64,000 nt of DNA from Octopus sinensis. Lineage: Eukaryota. The position numbers were made by a program, and so were the translations under genes. Where the stretch lies: assembly GCF_006345805.1 (NCBI RefSeq), contig NC_042998.1:2604001-2668000 (forward strand). The letters are read 5' to 3'. Of this stretch, positions 24,841 through 37,425 are shown piece by piece. Under the pieces are notes generated by a model that did no database searches, was not told where the DNA came from, and saw only the letters and a program-made list of their open reading frames with translations. Numbering within the stretch: position 1 is the stretch's first letter; every line of letters starts with the position of its first letter.

Positions 24841-26481
24841 CTGCAATAATCAAAAACCATGATGTAAGGGATATTTCAAGACTCAATTATTTCAATGTTC
24901 ATCATTCATCAAATGTTGGATGAATGATGAACACAAAGTACACATATGAATGAACACACACACATTTATATATTTGAAAGTTTTCAAGAACATCCATCTC
25001 GCATAAATCTGAAACAGGATAAAGAAAATCAAATATTAAAACCAAATGAATAAAAACTCAAGCATATTGTGGACCTGTTGGACTTTGTTTATCACACATA
25101 CACACACACACACACACACTTGAATGTGTGACTATGTTGTGAAGAAGTTCACTGTACAACCATGAGCTTTTAAGTACAGTCATATTGTGTGATACCTTGA
25201 AAAAAATGCCATTGCCCTGGGCCAACCAAGGCCTTGTGAGTAAATATGAAAAACAGTAACTGTGCAAAACTCATCAGATATGAATGAATGAATACTTGCA
25301 TCTGTATGTATGTGCTCAGATGTGTATGTATGTGTGAATATTTACAATTCTGGACTATGGAGTATGAAATTTGTAGTCATTTCCCCCATCAACATTAACC
25401 GGGCTTTCAAAAATGAGCAAAATGAAATCTCCTTTATGTGCAAAACTGGGCAAGTAACAGCAAATAAGGGCTTCTGACTATAAAACAATGCCTCAGCCAA
25501 ATACATTTATCTAACCCAAGCAACCATGAAAAAACCAAACAAGAAACAAATGGTCAAATGCATAATATTGAGTGTGTGGTTTCAGAAGAGTGCATCCCAA
25601 CCAATCGGTTTGGGTTCAGTCCCACAGCACAGCACCTTGGGCAGGTATCTTCTACTATAGCCCTGGTACAACCAATAAGCCTTGTGAGTGGATTTGGTAG
25701 ATGGAAGCTGAAAGGAGCTTTCTCTCTCTCTCTCATGTAGATATTGCACTTCTCTGAAAACTGTTCAGATAAGGGCAGTGGCATTGCTGTCATTTCCCAT
25801 GAACAGGGTGTCCACTGGGATTGTGTCTTCAATGATGGGTAGAATAAGACATCCCTTACTCGAAAAATTATTAAAAGTTAACAATAGAAAGGACATAACA
25901 ATGCTGCAATAATATGCCCGTGTAACTCAAGCTAGTGTGGAAGAAAAATGGGCATAAAAAGCAAAAAAAAATAAATGATTTTTTTCTCTCCATCACAACC
26001 TTCTTTTCATTCTCTCAACTCCTCCCACTCACCCCTATATAATGTGGGATAACCATGTATCTCCTCTGTAGCAAGACACCTGTCCTTGTTTCTCTATTAT
26101 ATTAAAGCCTTTCACCACCTTGCCTAAAGACGCCTCCCCCTCTCTCCCACTTAGTACTAAGGGCTTCTCCTTTTGCTTGCCCTTTTTCTGTCTTATTTGG
26201 CAACCTTACAAGTGTTGGTGGCATGAAAAAAGCACCCAATGCACAATGTAAAGTGGTTGGCATTAAGAAGGACATCCAAACTATGCCGGAAAGGAAAACA
26301 GAATGAGGTAACACTCAAATGTTCTGCACCTTGTAAGACATATGCATTAAAAAAAACAAAAAGCATTGTTCAAAGTGATTTGTAATGTAAAGAGAAAAGA
26401 CATTGTCACCAAACCATGGTACATGAAAAAGAAAAATGTTAAGACTTCTCACTATCTTTAATAATTTTAATAAAACAATAC

Positions 26482-26576
26482 CTTTTTGTCAACTGAGATG
26501 CTCCATGCTTCAGGTTCATTTTCTTCCACACACAAGAAAGGGTCACTTTCCAAGACTGTCTGATCCAAACCATCTG
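26482..26576 (-). CDS. RhoGEF exon 7 (92 or 95 nt via NAGNAG acceptor, phase 1-0): (PD/H)GLDQTVLESDPFLCVEENEPEAWSISVDKK
   Basis: tandem acceptor AAG|CAG|, AAG|gtattg donor; EAWS..VD motif. Confidence 0.92.
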
Positions 26577-27158
26577 CTTCAATTAACACAAAAACAATAT
26601 TTAAGAAAACATTAGACATTTTCAGTTATTCAAGTAAAAATCAAAAACCTATCTCAAAGAATTCTCTTTCTCTGTGAACATTAATATCTTACAGACATTA
26701 CAATGTTAGAGGCAAAATAAAACTATAATCACAAGATATGAAGTTTTAAACTTGCAGTGTACTTCCCACTAAAAATACGTATTTACATATAAAAGCAAAA
26801 ATCTGTCATTTGAGAAATACTAAGTGTACACAGAATAGCTGCATTTTTGTCTCAGCAAGAATGTATTCTGATAAGAGACGGAGAGCAATCGCATACACAC
26901 AAGAGAAGGGAGGGGGGAATCATCAATAAAACAGCAAAAGTTTTAAAGATAATGTAAAAAGCAGGTTTAGGATGACAGGGCCCAATGCTTTAAAACAGAT
27001 TTTAATTATTTTAATTGGAGAACTAAACATTAAATTCTATATCTCAATAGTATAATTATATGCTGAAAAGTCAGCAGATCTAGATAAATTAAATGTAGGC
27101 AAATATAGAGAGAAAATAGGCAAAAGAAAGCTTAATTGAGAAAGAAGCTTATACTTAC

Positions 27159-27202
27159 GCTCGTCAAGGGATTCCATTGACTCGCTAATGGTCTCACCAA
27201 TG
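27159..27202 (-). CDS. RhoGEF exon 6 (44 nt, phase 2-1): IGETISESMESLDE
   Basis: ttttatcag acceptor, AGC|gtaagt donor; ESLDE motif that precedes the DH domain in this family. Confidence 0.9.
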
Positions 27203-27239
27203 CTGATAAAAATGGAAGAAGAAAATTAATAATATTTCA

Positions 27240-27365
27240 CAAATAATAATAATAATAATAATATTAATAATAATAATAATATTAATAATAATAATATTAA
27301 TATTAATAATAATAATATTAATAATATTAATATTAATAATAATCATAATCATAATAATAATAATA
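27240..27365. repeat. Interrupted (AAT)n microsatellite with recurrent ATT/CAT interruptions
   Basis: Direct reading. Confidence 0.95.
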
Positions 27366-27935
27366 AATGCCCTGATACAGTACCAGGCAGTGGCTCTCAT
27401 GGCTTCTGACCATAACTGATTGGAAGTGTTATCATGTACATTGTTTTTGTCTTGGTATAAAAGATGGGTTACAGCAAATATTCTGCTCAATACCACAGAT
27501 TTGCTTGTCAGTTGTTTGACCTTAACCAGTTGAGCATGTCCCTTAGTGGCTGACGATATGTGCATCTCTGACCACGAGCAGACGTAGTGGGGGAGCATCA
27601 TAGCCATGTGTTGAGAGGGATTCTTTGGGGTTTGAATAATTCACCTCTGGAAACATGGGTGGTTCTTTCAACATCCTTAAACAACCCTTATTCAGGGACC
27701 GTTTGAGCGGGTTGGGTTACTCAACCTGAAGAAAATTCTAATTGGGCCCCACCTGCAAGGTCATGTGCTTTTTATCTTGATATGAGATCACCATGTCACG
27801 CTCATATGGTTGTGATGTATGTGCCTAGTGTACCCTTATCAGATGGGTAGTCATGATGGGTATACTGGGCTTCGTATATTTTACTCCAGTGTCACTTTGA
27901 TGGCATGCACTTCTCTTTCACTCACTCAATAATAA
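27366..27935. mobile_element. About 570-bp interspersed element flanked on both sides by (AAT)n; inverted fragment at about 53160-53255
   Basis: A second partial copy is present; bounded by (AAT)n arrays. Confidence 0.6.
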
Positions 27936-28404
27936 TAATAATAATAATCATTTAATGTCCACTGTTCCATTCCTGCATGAGTCAGATGAAATTCTTTGAA
28001 GCAGACTTTCTATAACCAGCTGCTGCTTCCAAGCATGGTAATATTTTCTCCGTGTCTAGGTATGTTTTTCACAGAAGACTTGGAAATGAACAACCTTGCT
28101 TGTATGATGATGATGCTTATTTACAACCAACATGTGGTCTAGACAAGGGTACACACAAACATATGTGCACGCACACACACAGAAAACGGGCTTCTTTCAG
28201 TTTCCATCTACTAAATTCACTCACAAAGCTTTCGTTGGCCTGGGGTTATGGTAGAAGATTCCTGACTGAAGCCAAAACCACATGGTTGGAAAGCAAGCCT
28301 CTTAACTACACAACTACACCTGTGCCATATACACATATCTAAACAAAACCTATTTAAACCTACATTAGACGTTAAAAATGTTGCCTCAAATTTCTATCAT
28401 GCTG

Positions 28405-28436
<32 letters not shown>

Positions 28437-28595
28437 ATTGCAGCGTGGAAGGTGTTTATAAACCATTTAAGAAACACACAAAAACCGTTAGATTCACTTC
28501 AACATTTAAATTTAATTTGTCAAAATATTTTCGTCGCTTTGAGACCGCGACCTGTTCACGATCACAAATCAGGTCACTTGCTATGCAAGTACATC

Positions 28596-28651
<56 letters not shown>

Positions 28652-29959
28652 TAAGATAATCAAAAGGTAATGAAAATTAGTGATGGTCTCTACCAGCATT
28701 AAAAAAATTAACAAAATTTTTTAAATAAAATTTATGAAAAATGAGTTTTAAAGTTTCAAATGAGTTACCAAGTGTATACCTAGTTTATAGTCTTTAGTAC
28801 TGTTATAGACACCAGGCAGAATCAATGCATTTTACAAAATTATCAATGATTTCTGGTGAAGGTATATAGCCCAGTAGTTAGGGTGTTGTACATACAATCA
28901 CAAGATCAGGACACATCATTCATCATCATCATCATCGTTTAACGTCCGTTCTCCATGCTAGCATGGGTTGGATGGTTCGACCGGGGATCTGTGAAGCCAG
29001 GAGGCTGCACCAGGCTCCAGTCTGATCTGGCAGTGTTTCTACAGCTGGATGCCCTTCCTAACACCAGGTGGCATATTGTGTTCATGAGCAAAACACCTCA
29101 TTTCAAATTGCTCCAGTTTACTCAGCTGTAGAAACGAGTAACCCTGCAACAGACTGGTGTTCTGTTTAGGGAGAATGTCATGGTGGTGGACACTTATACA
29201 CCATAGGCCAGTCCACCAAGCCAGCAGGGTTGCTTCATTTAAAGATTACCACAGTGCAAGGAAGCACATTGTGACTATTGGTGATTAACAATATCTGAGA
29301 ATTTCACAGATACAAGGATTAATGAATTTTGTCTAGTTTCAAAATTAAACAATTTGTCAGGATATTGTTGATGCCAACAGACTTATCTCTGAGATGGTAG
29401 GAAACTAAAAATCTTAATGTTATTTTTCAGACACTAGATGACATCTTCCATTCTAGTGTATTTCGTAGTATATAAGAGAGATACAGGCTGACTGCATAAT
29501 ATCATCATTTCAATCTAAAGCCTAGCTTTCATTGCAAATACCTTCTTAGTGTTCTCAAGGAAATTACAGAGCAGTACTTGTTACAACCAAGAGAAAGGCA
29601 AGTTACTATTTCCTTAGAACATGATCAGTGCTCATAGTTACAACTATAGAGGCTTACACAATCTAAGGGATTTCATAAGCCATTTGGGGTTCCTGGAGAT
29701 TTTTTTCAAATCTTTAAATAGTTTTCAATGCTTTAGTGACGATGCTACTGAGTTTTCCCTGATCAATATATGCTGCAATATTGCTTATTGTCTTTATTGA
29801 TGACACACAGTCACATTAACATTAGCTTAGTACCTATCCTATAATTTCTTTCACTAGACAAGGCGTTTAAAGTTTGTTTCCCCTGTAATAAATGAGATAT
29901 ACAGGTGCGTTGGGGGGGGGGGGAGACATATCAGAAAATAATTTAGATGATTTACTAAC

Positions 29960-30022
29960 TTTGAATGCATTGATTCTGGACGATTGCTACCAAATTCTTC
30001 TCTTTCTTCAGAAATTCTGTGG
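29960..30022 (-). CDS. RhoGEF exon 5 (63 nt, phase 2-2): HRISEEREEFGSNRPESMHS(N)
   Basis: long poly-T/C tract ending ttccag, AAA|gttagt donor. Confidence 0.85.
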
Positions 30023-30653
30023 CTGGAAAAAAGAAAAAAAGAAAGAATAAATAAATAAAAGAACTACAGAATCAGTCAACACACATCATCTTTTTATCTT
30101 GCAGAGACTAATGACCAGTCAAAAGTAATTAGAAGCAAATGCAATTACTAGATGTCTATGCAGCAGAAACGTGCATCGGACCCAATTAAATCAAATATGC
30201 TGTATAATTGACAGTAGAAATAAAAAAAAAATACGCAGATGTACTAGTTTCCATATTCATTGTAATTGTCTCGGATATGCACTTGGCAAAATATTTATAA
30301 TCCAGCAAAACAAACCCAGGATTTACTCATCAGATGAAATACAGTGGGATTGCTTACCTTGAGTAACCCTAGGTGTTCCTTACAACTCGATGCAGTTAGA
30401 CATGTCCTGGATTATAACTAAATGATCATACAGTACCTAGCCTGGATACTTTATCTCTGTCTATTCATTAATCCAAGCCAGCATGGAAAACGGACACTAA
30501 TTGATGATGATGATTATAGGTGTGTATATATACTTAAATATTCTTTCACAAAAAAAAAAAAAAATCGTTGTTGCTGTTGCTTTTTATGACAGAAAGCTTC
30601 TAAATCAAAAAAGAAATGTTCTAAAATTCTTCAAGCAAGGGCATACTCTAGTC

Positions 30654-30851
30654 CAGCAGTTCTTAACCATGGCTCCCAGCCCTACGTGCAACCCTCAAGC
30701 ATCCCCTCAGTGGCCCCCAATGGTCTTCCCTCTATAAATGTAACAAATTTTTCTTTAATTGATTTGTGTTTTACTATTTTGGATGAGGCATCCTAAAAAA
30801 AAATCCAGGTTTTGGATCTGATTCAGATATTAAAAAGGTTAAGAACCACTA
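30654..30851. mobile_element. hAT-like MITE
   Basis: TIR cagcagttcttaacc / ggttaagaaccacta; imperfect 8-bp TSD ctctagtc/ctctggcc. Confidence 0.65.
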
Positions 30852-31822
30852 CTCTGGCCACTAAAATCCTCCACTTCTTTTCACTCATTCAGTCACCTAA
30901 TTTACATACATCTACCACTAGAGTCCATCAATTGTGTTGTTAACAACTGATTAATCTACACTTGTCGAAGATTGAAGCATCTGAACTCCTTGATTATCCT
31001 ATATAAGAAGTTTTCAAAGTAGGCAAGACAGACCAATATCTTCCAAGATTGTGTTGAGAATTCAGGTGATTTAGGATGAGGCATAGAGTTAAGTGGGTTG
31101 TGTTGGGGTTCCTTGAGAGGAGTATTATATATAAATAAGATAATTAATCTGTTTGTTACCACATTTCTACTTTTATTGAATTAATTTTGAAAACAATGAA
31201 GAATTTAGTTGAATGATTTTGTCATTATTAAGGTGGTGTTTAAAGCATAAACAGACATGGAATTCTGATGGAAGGTTTCAATTCAGATCACTTTGGAACA
31301 GTAAGTTTGTGTCATAGAACCAAAGGCAGTCTCAGATGGGTTAAAGCAGTATTGGGGAAATTTGCTGAAGTCTCCAGCAGCATTATGTTCTACATGACTG
31401 CATAACCAATATATATATATATATAAATATAAAAGGGTATCGCTGATATGGGATTTCTTTCACCCATCTTTACTTTCCACTTCCTTGTATCGATCGCCTG
31501 ACTGGTCCTCGTGTCGGTGGCACGTAAAAGCACCCACTACACTCTCGGAGTTGTTGGCGTTATGAAGGGCATCCAGCTGTAGGAACCCTGCCAGATCAGA
31601 TTGGAGTCTGATGCAGCCATCTGGTTCGCCAGACCTCAGTCAAATCGTTCAACCCATGCTAGCATGGAAAGCAGACGTTAAACGATGATCATGATGATAT
31701 ATATATATATGTATACTCTTACTCTTTTACTTGTTTCAGTCATTTGACTGCGGCCATGCTGGAGCACCGCCTTTAGTCGAGCAAATCGACCCCGGGACTT
31801 ATATGTATGTATATATATATAT

Positions 31823-32398
31823 ATCATCATCATCATCATCATCGTTTAGCGTCCGTTTTCCATGCTAGCATGGGTTGGACGGTTCTACTGGGGTCTGTGA
31901 AGCCAGAAGGCTTCATCAGGCCCAGTCAAATCTGGCAGTGTTTCTACGGCTGGATGCCCTTCCTAACGCCAACCACTCCGTGAGTGTAGTGGGTGCTTTT
32001 TACGTGCCACCCGCACTGGTGCCAGACAGAGCTGGCAAACGGCCACGAACGGGTGGTGCTTTTTATGTGCCACCGGCACGAGGGCCAGGCGAGGCTGGCA
32101 ACGGACACGAAACGGGGCGGTGCTGGCAACGGTCGCGAAACGGAAAGTTCTCTTACATGCCACCGGCACTGGTAACACATCTGCAATTTCCATTGATCGA
32201 TTTCCATTCTGATCCTCACTTGCCTCATCACGTCTTCACAAGTAGAGTTTTGTGTCCCAAGAAGGGAAGGTATGCATACGTAGGCTGGCTCCATCCCATG
32301 TAGAAGGCCACGGGTTATGGACTCACTTGTCCTGCCGGGTCTTCTCGCGCACAGCACACTTCCAGAGGTCTCGGTCTCTAGTCATTTCCTCAGTGAGA

Positions 32399-32400
<2 letters not shown>
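31823..32400 (-). mobile_element. RTE LINE 3' end: last ORF2 codons, about 480-nt 3'UTR with internal VNTR, (GAT)n tail, inserted in (TA)n
   Basis: Begins GLTEEMTRDRDLWKCAVREKTRQDK*, matching RTE C-terminal M..DR..W...V; the remainder equals the CAT-tailed repeat found throughout the window. Confidence 0.88.
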
Positions 32401-32437
<37 letters not shown>

Positions 32438-33530
32438 GCATGTATCATCATCATCATCATCGTTTAGCGTGTGTTTTCCATGCTAGCATGGGTTGGACGG
32501 TTCTACTGGGGTCTGTGAAGCCAGAAGGCTTCATCAGGCCCAGTCAAATCTGACAGTGTTTCTACGGCTGGATGCCCTTCCTAACGCCAACAATGTATAT
32601 ATATATATATGGGTATGTAAAAAAAAAATGCTCAAAAAGTTAAAATAATGACAAATTCCTACAAAGAAATCTTCTTGCTAGCAATAAGTCACCATTGCTT
32701 ATAACCAGAATAAGAAGTCAAATGTTTAAACTTCTACAGAGTGACTACACATGGATTCCACATCTGATCACATAGAGAATATATTTTGCAACAATTTTGA
32801 TGCAAAGTTATTGTAACTCTTAATGTTCGATAGAGACCGTTATCTTTCCACTTTAATTCAATATTTAAATGAAGAAATGATACCAAGGAAATCAAGTAAA
32901 TGTTCAAGGAATTACACACACACACACACAACAATGTATTGCTGACTCACACTCAAAGATAATACATAGCACACAATGTATTACACATTTTGTATGTGAT
33001 ACAAAATGTATCACATCCATAATCTATTACACACACACACGGTGCTTTACAAACTTGTGCATAGCATATAAGGGATACTTAATGTAATGTGATACACACA
33101 AAACGTAATTAGATGCATACATAATTAATCACACTAAGACAATATATTATTTACATACATACTGATAATCTATATCTATTACACACACACACACATACAC
33201 ATAAATACATTCACATCATACATACAGGTACACACATAAAGTAACTATAACACTTGGAGTAAAAATGTGAGTGAGTGTACCTAAGTGGGTTTGTGTGTGT
33301 ATTTACAAACTATCAGTTCTTCCAATGAGGAAACAGTGAAAAAGGACCTGTCCCCTTAGGTACCAAACTTCAAATTATAGTTTGCTATTAATCTCTGTAC
33401 TTCCTATTGCAGAGTTTGTATTTCTGTCCTGATAAAAAGGATAGATTACCTTTAAAGCTTAATAAATATTTTATTGCAGCAGGTGATGTATTTTGGTGTC
33501 TGTACCTGATCTCCTTAAGTACCATATGAT

Positions 33531-34175
33531 TGATTGATTGATTCTAGTTTCAGCTTATGAGCTGTGGCCATGCTGGGGCACCGCCATTTGGTGTTGCTAC
33601 TTGGTTTCACTTCATGGAGGCTTTCTAGCAACTGCTATTTGGTGCATGAGAGAGTTCGATGCAGCTGCCCTCATCTGCCCCTCCTGCCGTGAAGTTGGTT
33701 CATCTGGGACACCTGACAGGAAGAGATCCAGCTTCATTTTAAAGACATCTGTATCCACCCCATGCAGGTCTCTCAGGTTCTTCGGGAGGATATTGAAGAG
33801 CTGTGGGCCTCGGAAGCCCAGGCTATCACAGAATCTTGTCCTACATCTTGATGACAGGTTTGGAGTCCTAGGCACCACGCAGTGGCGCCCAGTTCTGGCA
33901 TTTGCGTAACTCTCGATGCCAAAGTTCAGGACACTTCCCTCCAGGATCTTCCAGATGTATATTATGGCATATCTTTCCCGCCTACGCTCCAGGGAATATA
34001 ATTTTAATCTCTTGAGTCTTTCCCAGTAGCTTACATTCTGCATAGAGGCTATCTTCTTTGTGTAGCTTCGTTGGATCGCCTCAAGTTCTGTGATCAACTT
34101 GACACTGGATGGTGACCATAGTTGAGAGCAATAGTCAAAGTGGCTTAGGACAAGTGTCTTCCAGAGGACCATCAT
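33531..34175 (-). mobile_element. 5'-truncated CR1-like LINE: intact ORF2 C-terminus (187 aa), short 3'UTR and (AATC)n tail
   Basis: LWKTLVLSHFDYCSQLWSP...ELEAIQRSYTKKI...YWERLKRLKLYSLERRRER...PDEP; tail GGCGGTGCCCCAGCATGGCCACAG...CTGAAACTAG(AATC)n. Confidence 0.93.
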
Positions 34176-35408
34176 GGTTTCTTATTAACTTTGTCAATCA
34201 AATACTTGTAGGAAAGGGAATGTTGTAACTTTTGTGGAATGCATGTGTGTGTGTATTGCAGTTATTCCGTGTTTTCATTGGTTCAGTGAAAATTATAAAG
34301 GCGCAGGAGTGGCTGTGTGGTAAGTAGCTTGCTTACCAACCACATGGTTCCGGGTTCAGTCCTACTGCGTGGCAACTTGGGCAAGTGTCTTCTGCTATAG
34401 CCTCGGGCCTACCAAAGCCTTGTGAGTGGATTTGGTAGACGGAAACTGAAAGAATCCTGTTGTATATATGTATATATATATGTGTGTGTGTTTGTGTGTC
34501 TGTGTTTGTCCCCCCAACATTGCTTGACAACCGTAACTTAGCGGTTTGGCAAAACAGACCGATAGAATAAGTACTAGGCTTACAAACAATAAGTCCAAGG
34601 GTTGATTTGCTCGACTAAAGGTGGTGCCCCAGCACGGTTGCAAGTAAAAGAGTAAAGGAGACACTATTTTACAGTTGAATGCTCTTCTTATCAACAAACT
34701 TCACCTGCTCCCAAGTTGCATATATCTTTTTAAGAGAACAGTATAGAATTTTGTACAACATAAGTCTATTGTATTTTATATACATACACCCATATCTATG
34801 TATAATTAAAAGCCTTTATCTACACAAAAGACTATATTTCACTTTCCTCTGATAACAAAGTTTTTGATAAAGTTGAAAAACAATATAAATTCTGTTGATC
34901 AAGATATTGGTAGGGAGAGGGAGAGAGAGAAGAAGAGAGAGGGAGAGAGAGAGAGTGTGTGTGTGTGTGTGCACGTGCTTGCATGCACACATTTGCTACT
35001 TTTAATGTAAAGCAGGTTTACATAACCGATCTTAAGGCTTTGTTCAAGCAACCTTATCTTGAATTGCAGTCAACAGCCAATGGGTGCAGTGAAAACAAAC
35101 CGGGGTTACTGGCAGAATACATTATCCATAGACCCAGATATCTAATCCTATTCACCTTGCGTAGGACAAGCATGTCAGACTCCATAGGCTTCTAACACAC
35201 TGGATACATTGAGCACTTTTATGGGGATTTTTCTTACCACAAAAAGTAGTAGTAGTAGTAGTCGTAGTAGTAGCAGCACAATTCAGCCTAGTAAGTGACG
35301 GATGAGCAGGGAGATTTACATCCATGGCTCCTCACTGCTAAGCCCCATGTCAAGTTTGTTTAATTTAACTCTTTCACCAAAGTGTTCCACTTCGTGCATA
35401 CACTATTT

Positions 35409-35723
35409 TACAGAGATGTACTTGCATAGCAAGTGACCTGACCTGAGATCGTGTGCTGGGGAAAAAAAACAATTGCAGATTGGAAGGTGTTTATAAGCCA
35501 TTTAAAAAACACACAAAAACCGTTAGATTCACTTCAAAATTTAGATTTGATTTGCCAAAATATTTTCATCGCTTTGAGACCGGGAATTTTGTCAGTGAAC
35601 AGGTCACAGTCTCAAAGCGACAAAAATATTTTGACAAATAAAATTGAAATATTGAAGTGAATCTAACAGTTTTTGTGTGTTTCTTAAATGGTTTATAAAC
35701 ACCTTCCAATCTGCAATTGCTTT
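35409..35723. mobile_element. Palindromic element with about 111-bp inverted arms and a possible 12-bp TSD; deleted sibling at 28435-28601
   Basis: Arms 35470-35580 and 35609-35719 are about 91% complementary; catacactattt at 35397-35408 and 35724-35735. Confidence 0.75.
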
Positions 35724-36283
35724 CATACACTATTTGTTTTCCAGGTACCTGTGTATTTGGTATTATATGACTCCGTGTTTCATTTTATTGTGATCATCAT
35801 CATCATTATTATTTTAAAGTCAGGAGTATGTGATTCTAAGTAGAGATGCATCTCTGTTAGGAAGGCGAGTGACTTAGTGGTTAAGAGTATTCAGCCCATG
35901 ATTATAAGGTTGTGAGTTCAATTGCTACCAGTGCACTACCAGCCCATATATATTCTTTTATTTGTTTCAGTCATTTGACTGCAGCCATGCTGGAGCACCA
36001 CCTTTAGTCAACCCCATGACTTATTCCATCAGTCTCTTTTACCGAGCTGCTAAGTTACGAGGATGTAAACACAGACACACAAATATATATAAACAACAGG
36101 CTTCTTTCAGTTTCCGTCTACCAAATCCACTCACAAGGCTTTGGTCGGCCCAATGCTATAGTAGAAAACAGTTGCCCAAGGTGACACGCAGTGGGACTGA
36201 GCCCGGAACCACATGGTTGGTAAGCAAGCTACTTACCACACAGCCACGCCTGTGCCTATATATATTCGATATACATACTTTCT

Positions 36284-36330
<47 letters not shown>

Positions 36331-36701
36331 TCTTTATATATAAAAGAGAGGTTGTGTGCTGTCTGTCTCCTATGATTTAGATTCCTAACTACTCCCACAT
36401 TTTGCGGTGCAGTTTAACCAAAACCGGGTATCTTATAGTCGTGATTCATATCGAGCCCTTCTGGGTATTAGCGCACGTCTACAATGAGTCTACGATTTAA
36501 AAAAAGATTTACCATCATTTTTTCCCATTTTTAATGCATTTTTGGCATATATATAAGGGAAGTAACTCTCTAAAAATTCATTATTAAATCTCAGAACGTA
36601 AAAAGCTACAGTAACACCCCCACCTTTGTGGTTAGCCATATTGAGATGGCTATTATACTTATTTCCCTTACAAACCTGAGCAACGCCGGGTGATACTGCT
36701 A

Positions 36702-36702
<1 letters not shown>
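36331..36702 (+). mobile_element. Non-autonomous Helitron, same family with a different internal module
   Basis: Same TC start, same ...gagcaacgccgggtgatactgCTAG end, shared roughly 200-bp 5' block. Confidence 0.88.
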
Positions 36703-36748
<46 letters not shown>

Positions 36749-37289
36749 GATGAATACTTTACAGTTGTAATACACTGAGCTGGCTAAAAATCTATAAATA
36801 TGTTGTCGTATATTACAGAAACAAAATAGAATACTGCCAACATGATGTTCTATCTTGCTGCTACAAAAGTGTTAAATAAGCAAACTTGTCTCTCCAGCTT
36901 CCTTTAACCTCTGATACTAAGCAGTATGTTTGTGGGTGGTTAAAGGTGGCACACAGCTGCCAACAAATATTCAAGAGAGTTGAAATACACATACTTCTGT
37001 TCCCCCCATCTTTACTGCTACATTTAGTACAGACAAACTGTTTACAAACATATCATATACTGTTGGCTAAAAAAGAACTATATCTATATTCTATAGTATA
37101 TTATAGCAATGACATGAAACCCTGTTAACAAACAACTAGTCTTTCATATACATATATATATATATATATATACTGTAGCATATTATAGCAATGAAATGGA
37201 ACCCTGTTAACAAAATAAACTGGTAGCTGGTTGTTGTTTAGCCTCTACTCAACCTTAAGGTGTTCTTTTTGGGATATATGAACTACTTA

Positions 37290-37319
37290 TGACATATATA
37301 TATATATATATATTTATTT

Positions 37320-37379
<60 letters not shown>

Positions 37380-37387
37380 TTACACAC

Positions 37388-37425
<38 letters not shown>
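37290..37425. repeat. Compound (TA)n/(CA)n microsatellite; similar tracts at 28597-28648, 36285-36330, 36703-36742, 42470-42710, 57185-57232
   Basis: Direct reading. Confidence 0.95.

Noticed and set aside
27194-27607. 137-aa ORF with a poly-Ile/Asn tract
   Set aside because: Translation of the (AAT)n microsatellite and adjacent repeat
31895-31925. CTGATGA hammerhead-like core in the RTE UTR (minus strand)
   Set aside because: It is followed by hairpin GAAGCC-TTCT-GGCTTC and then AC, not GAAA, and CTGATGA is not conserved in other copies
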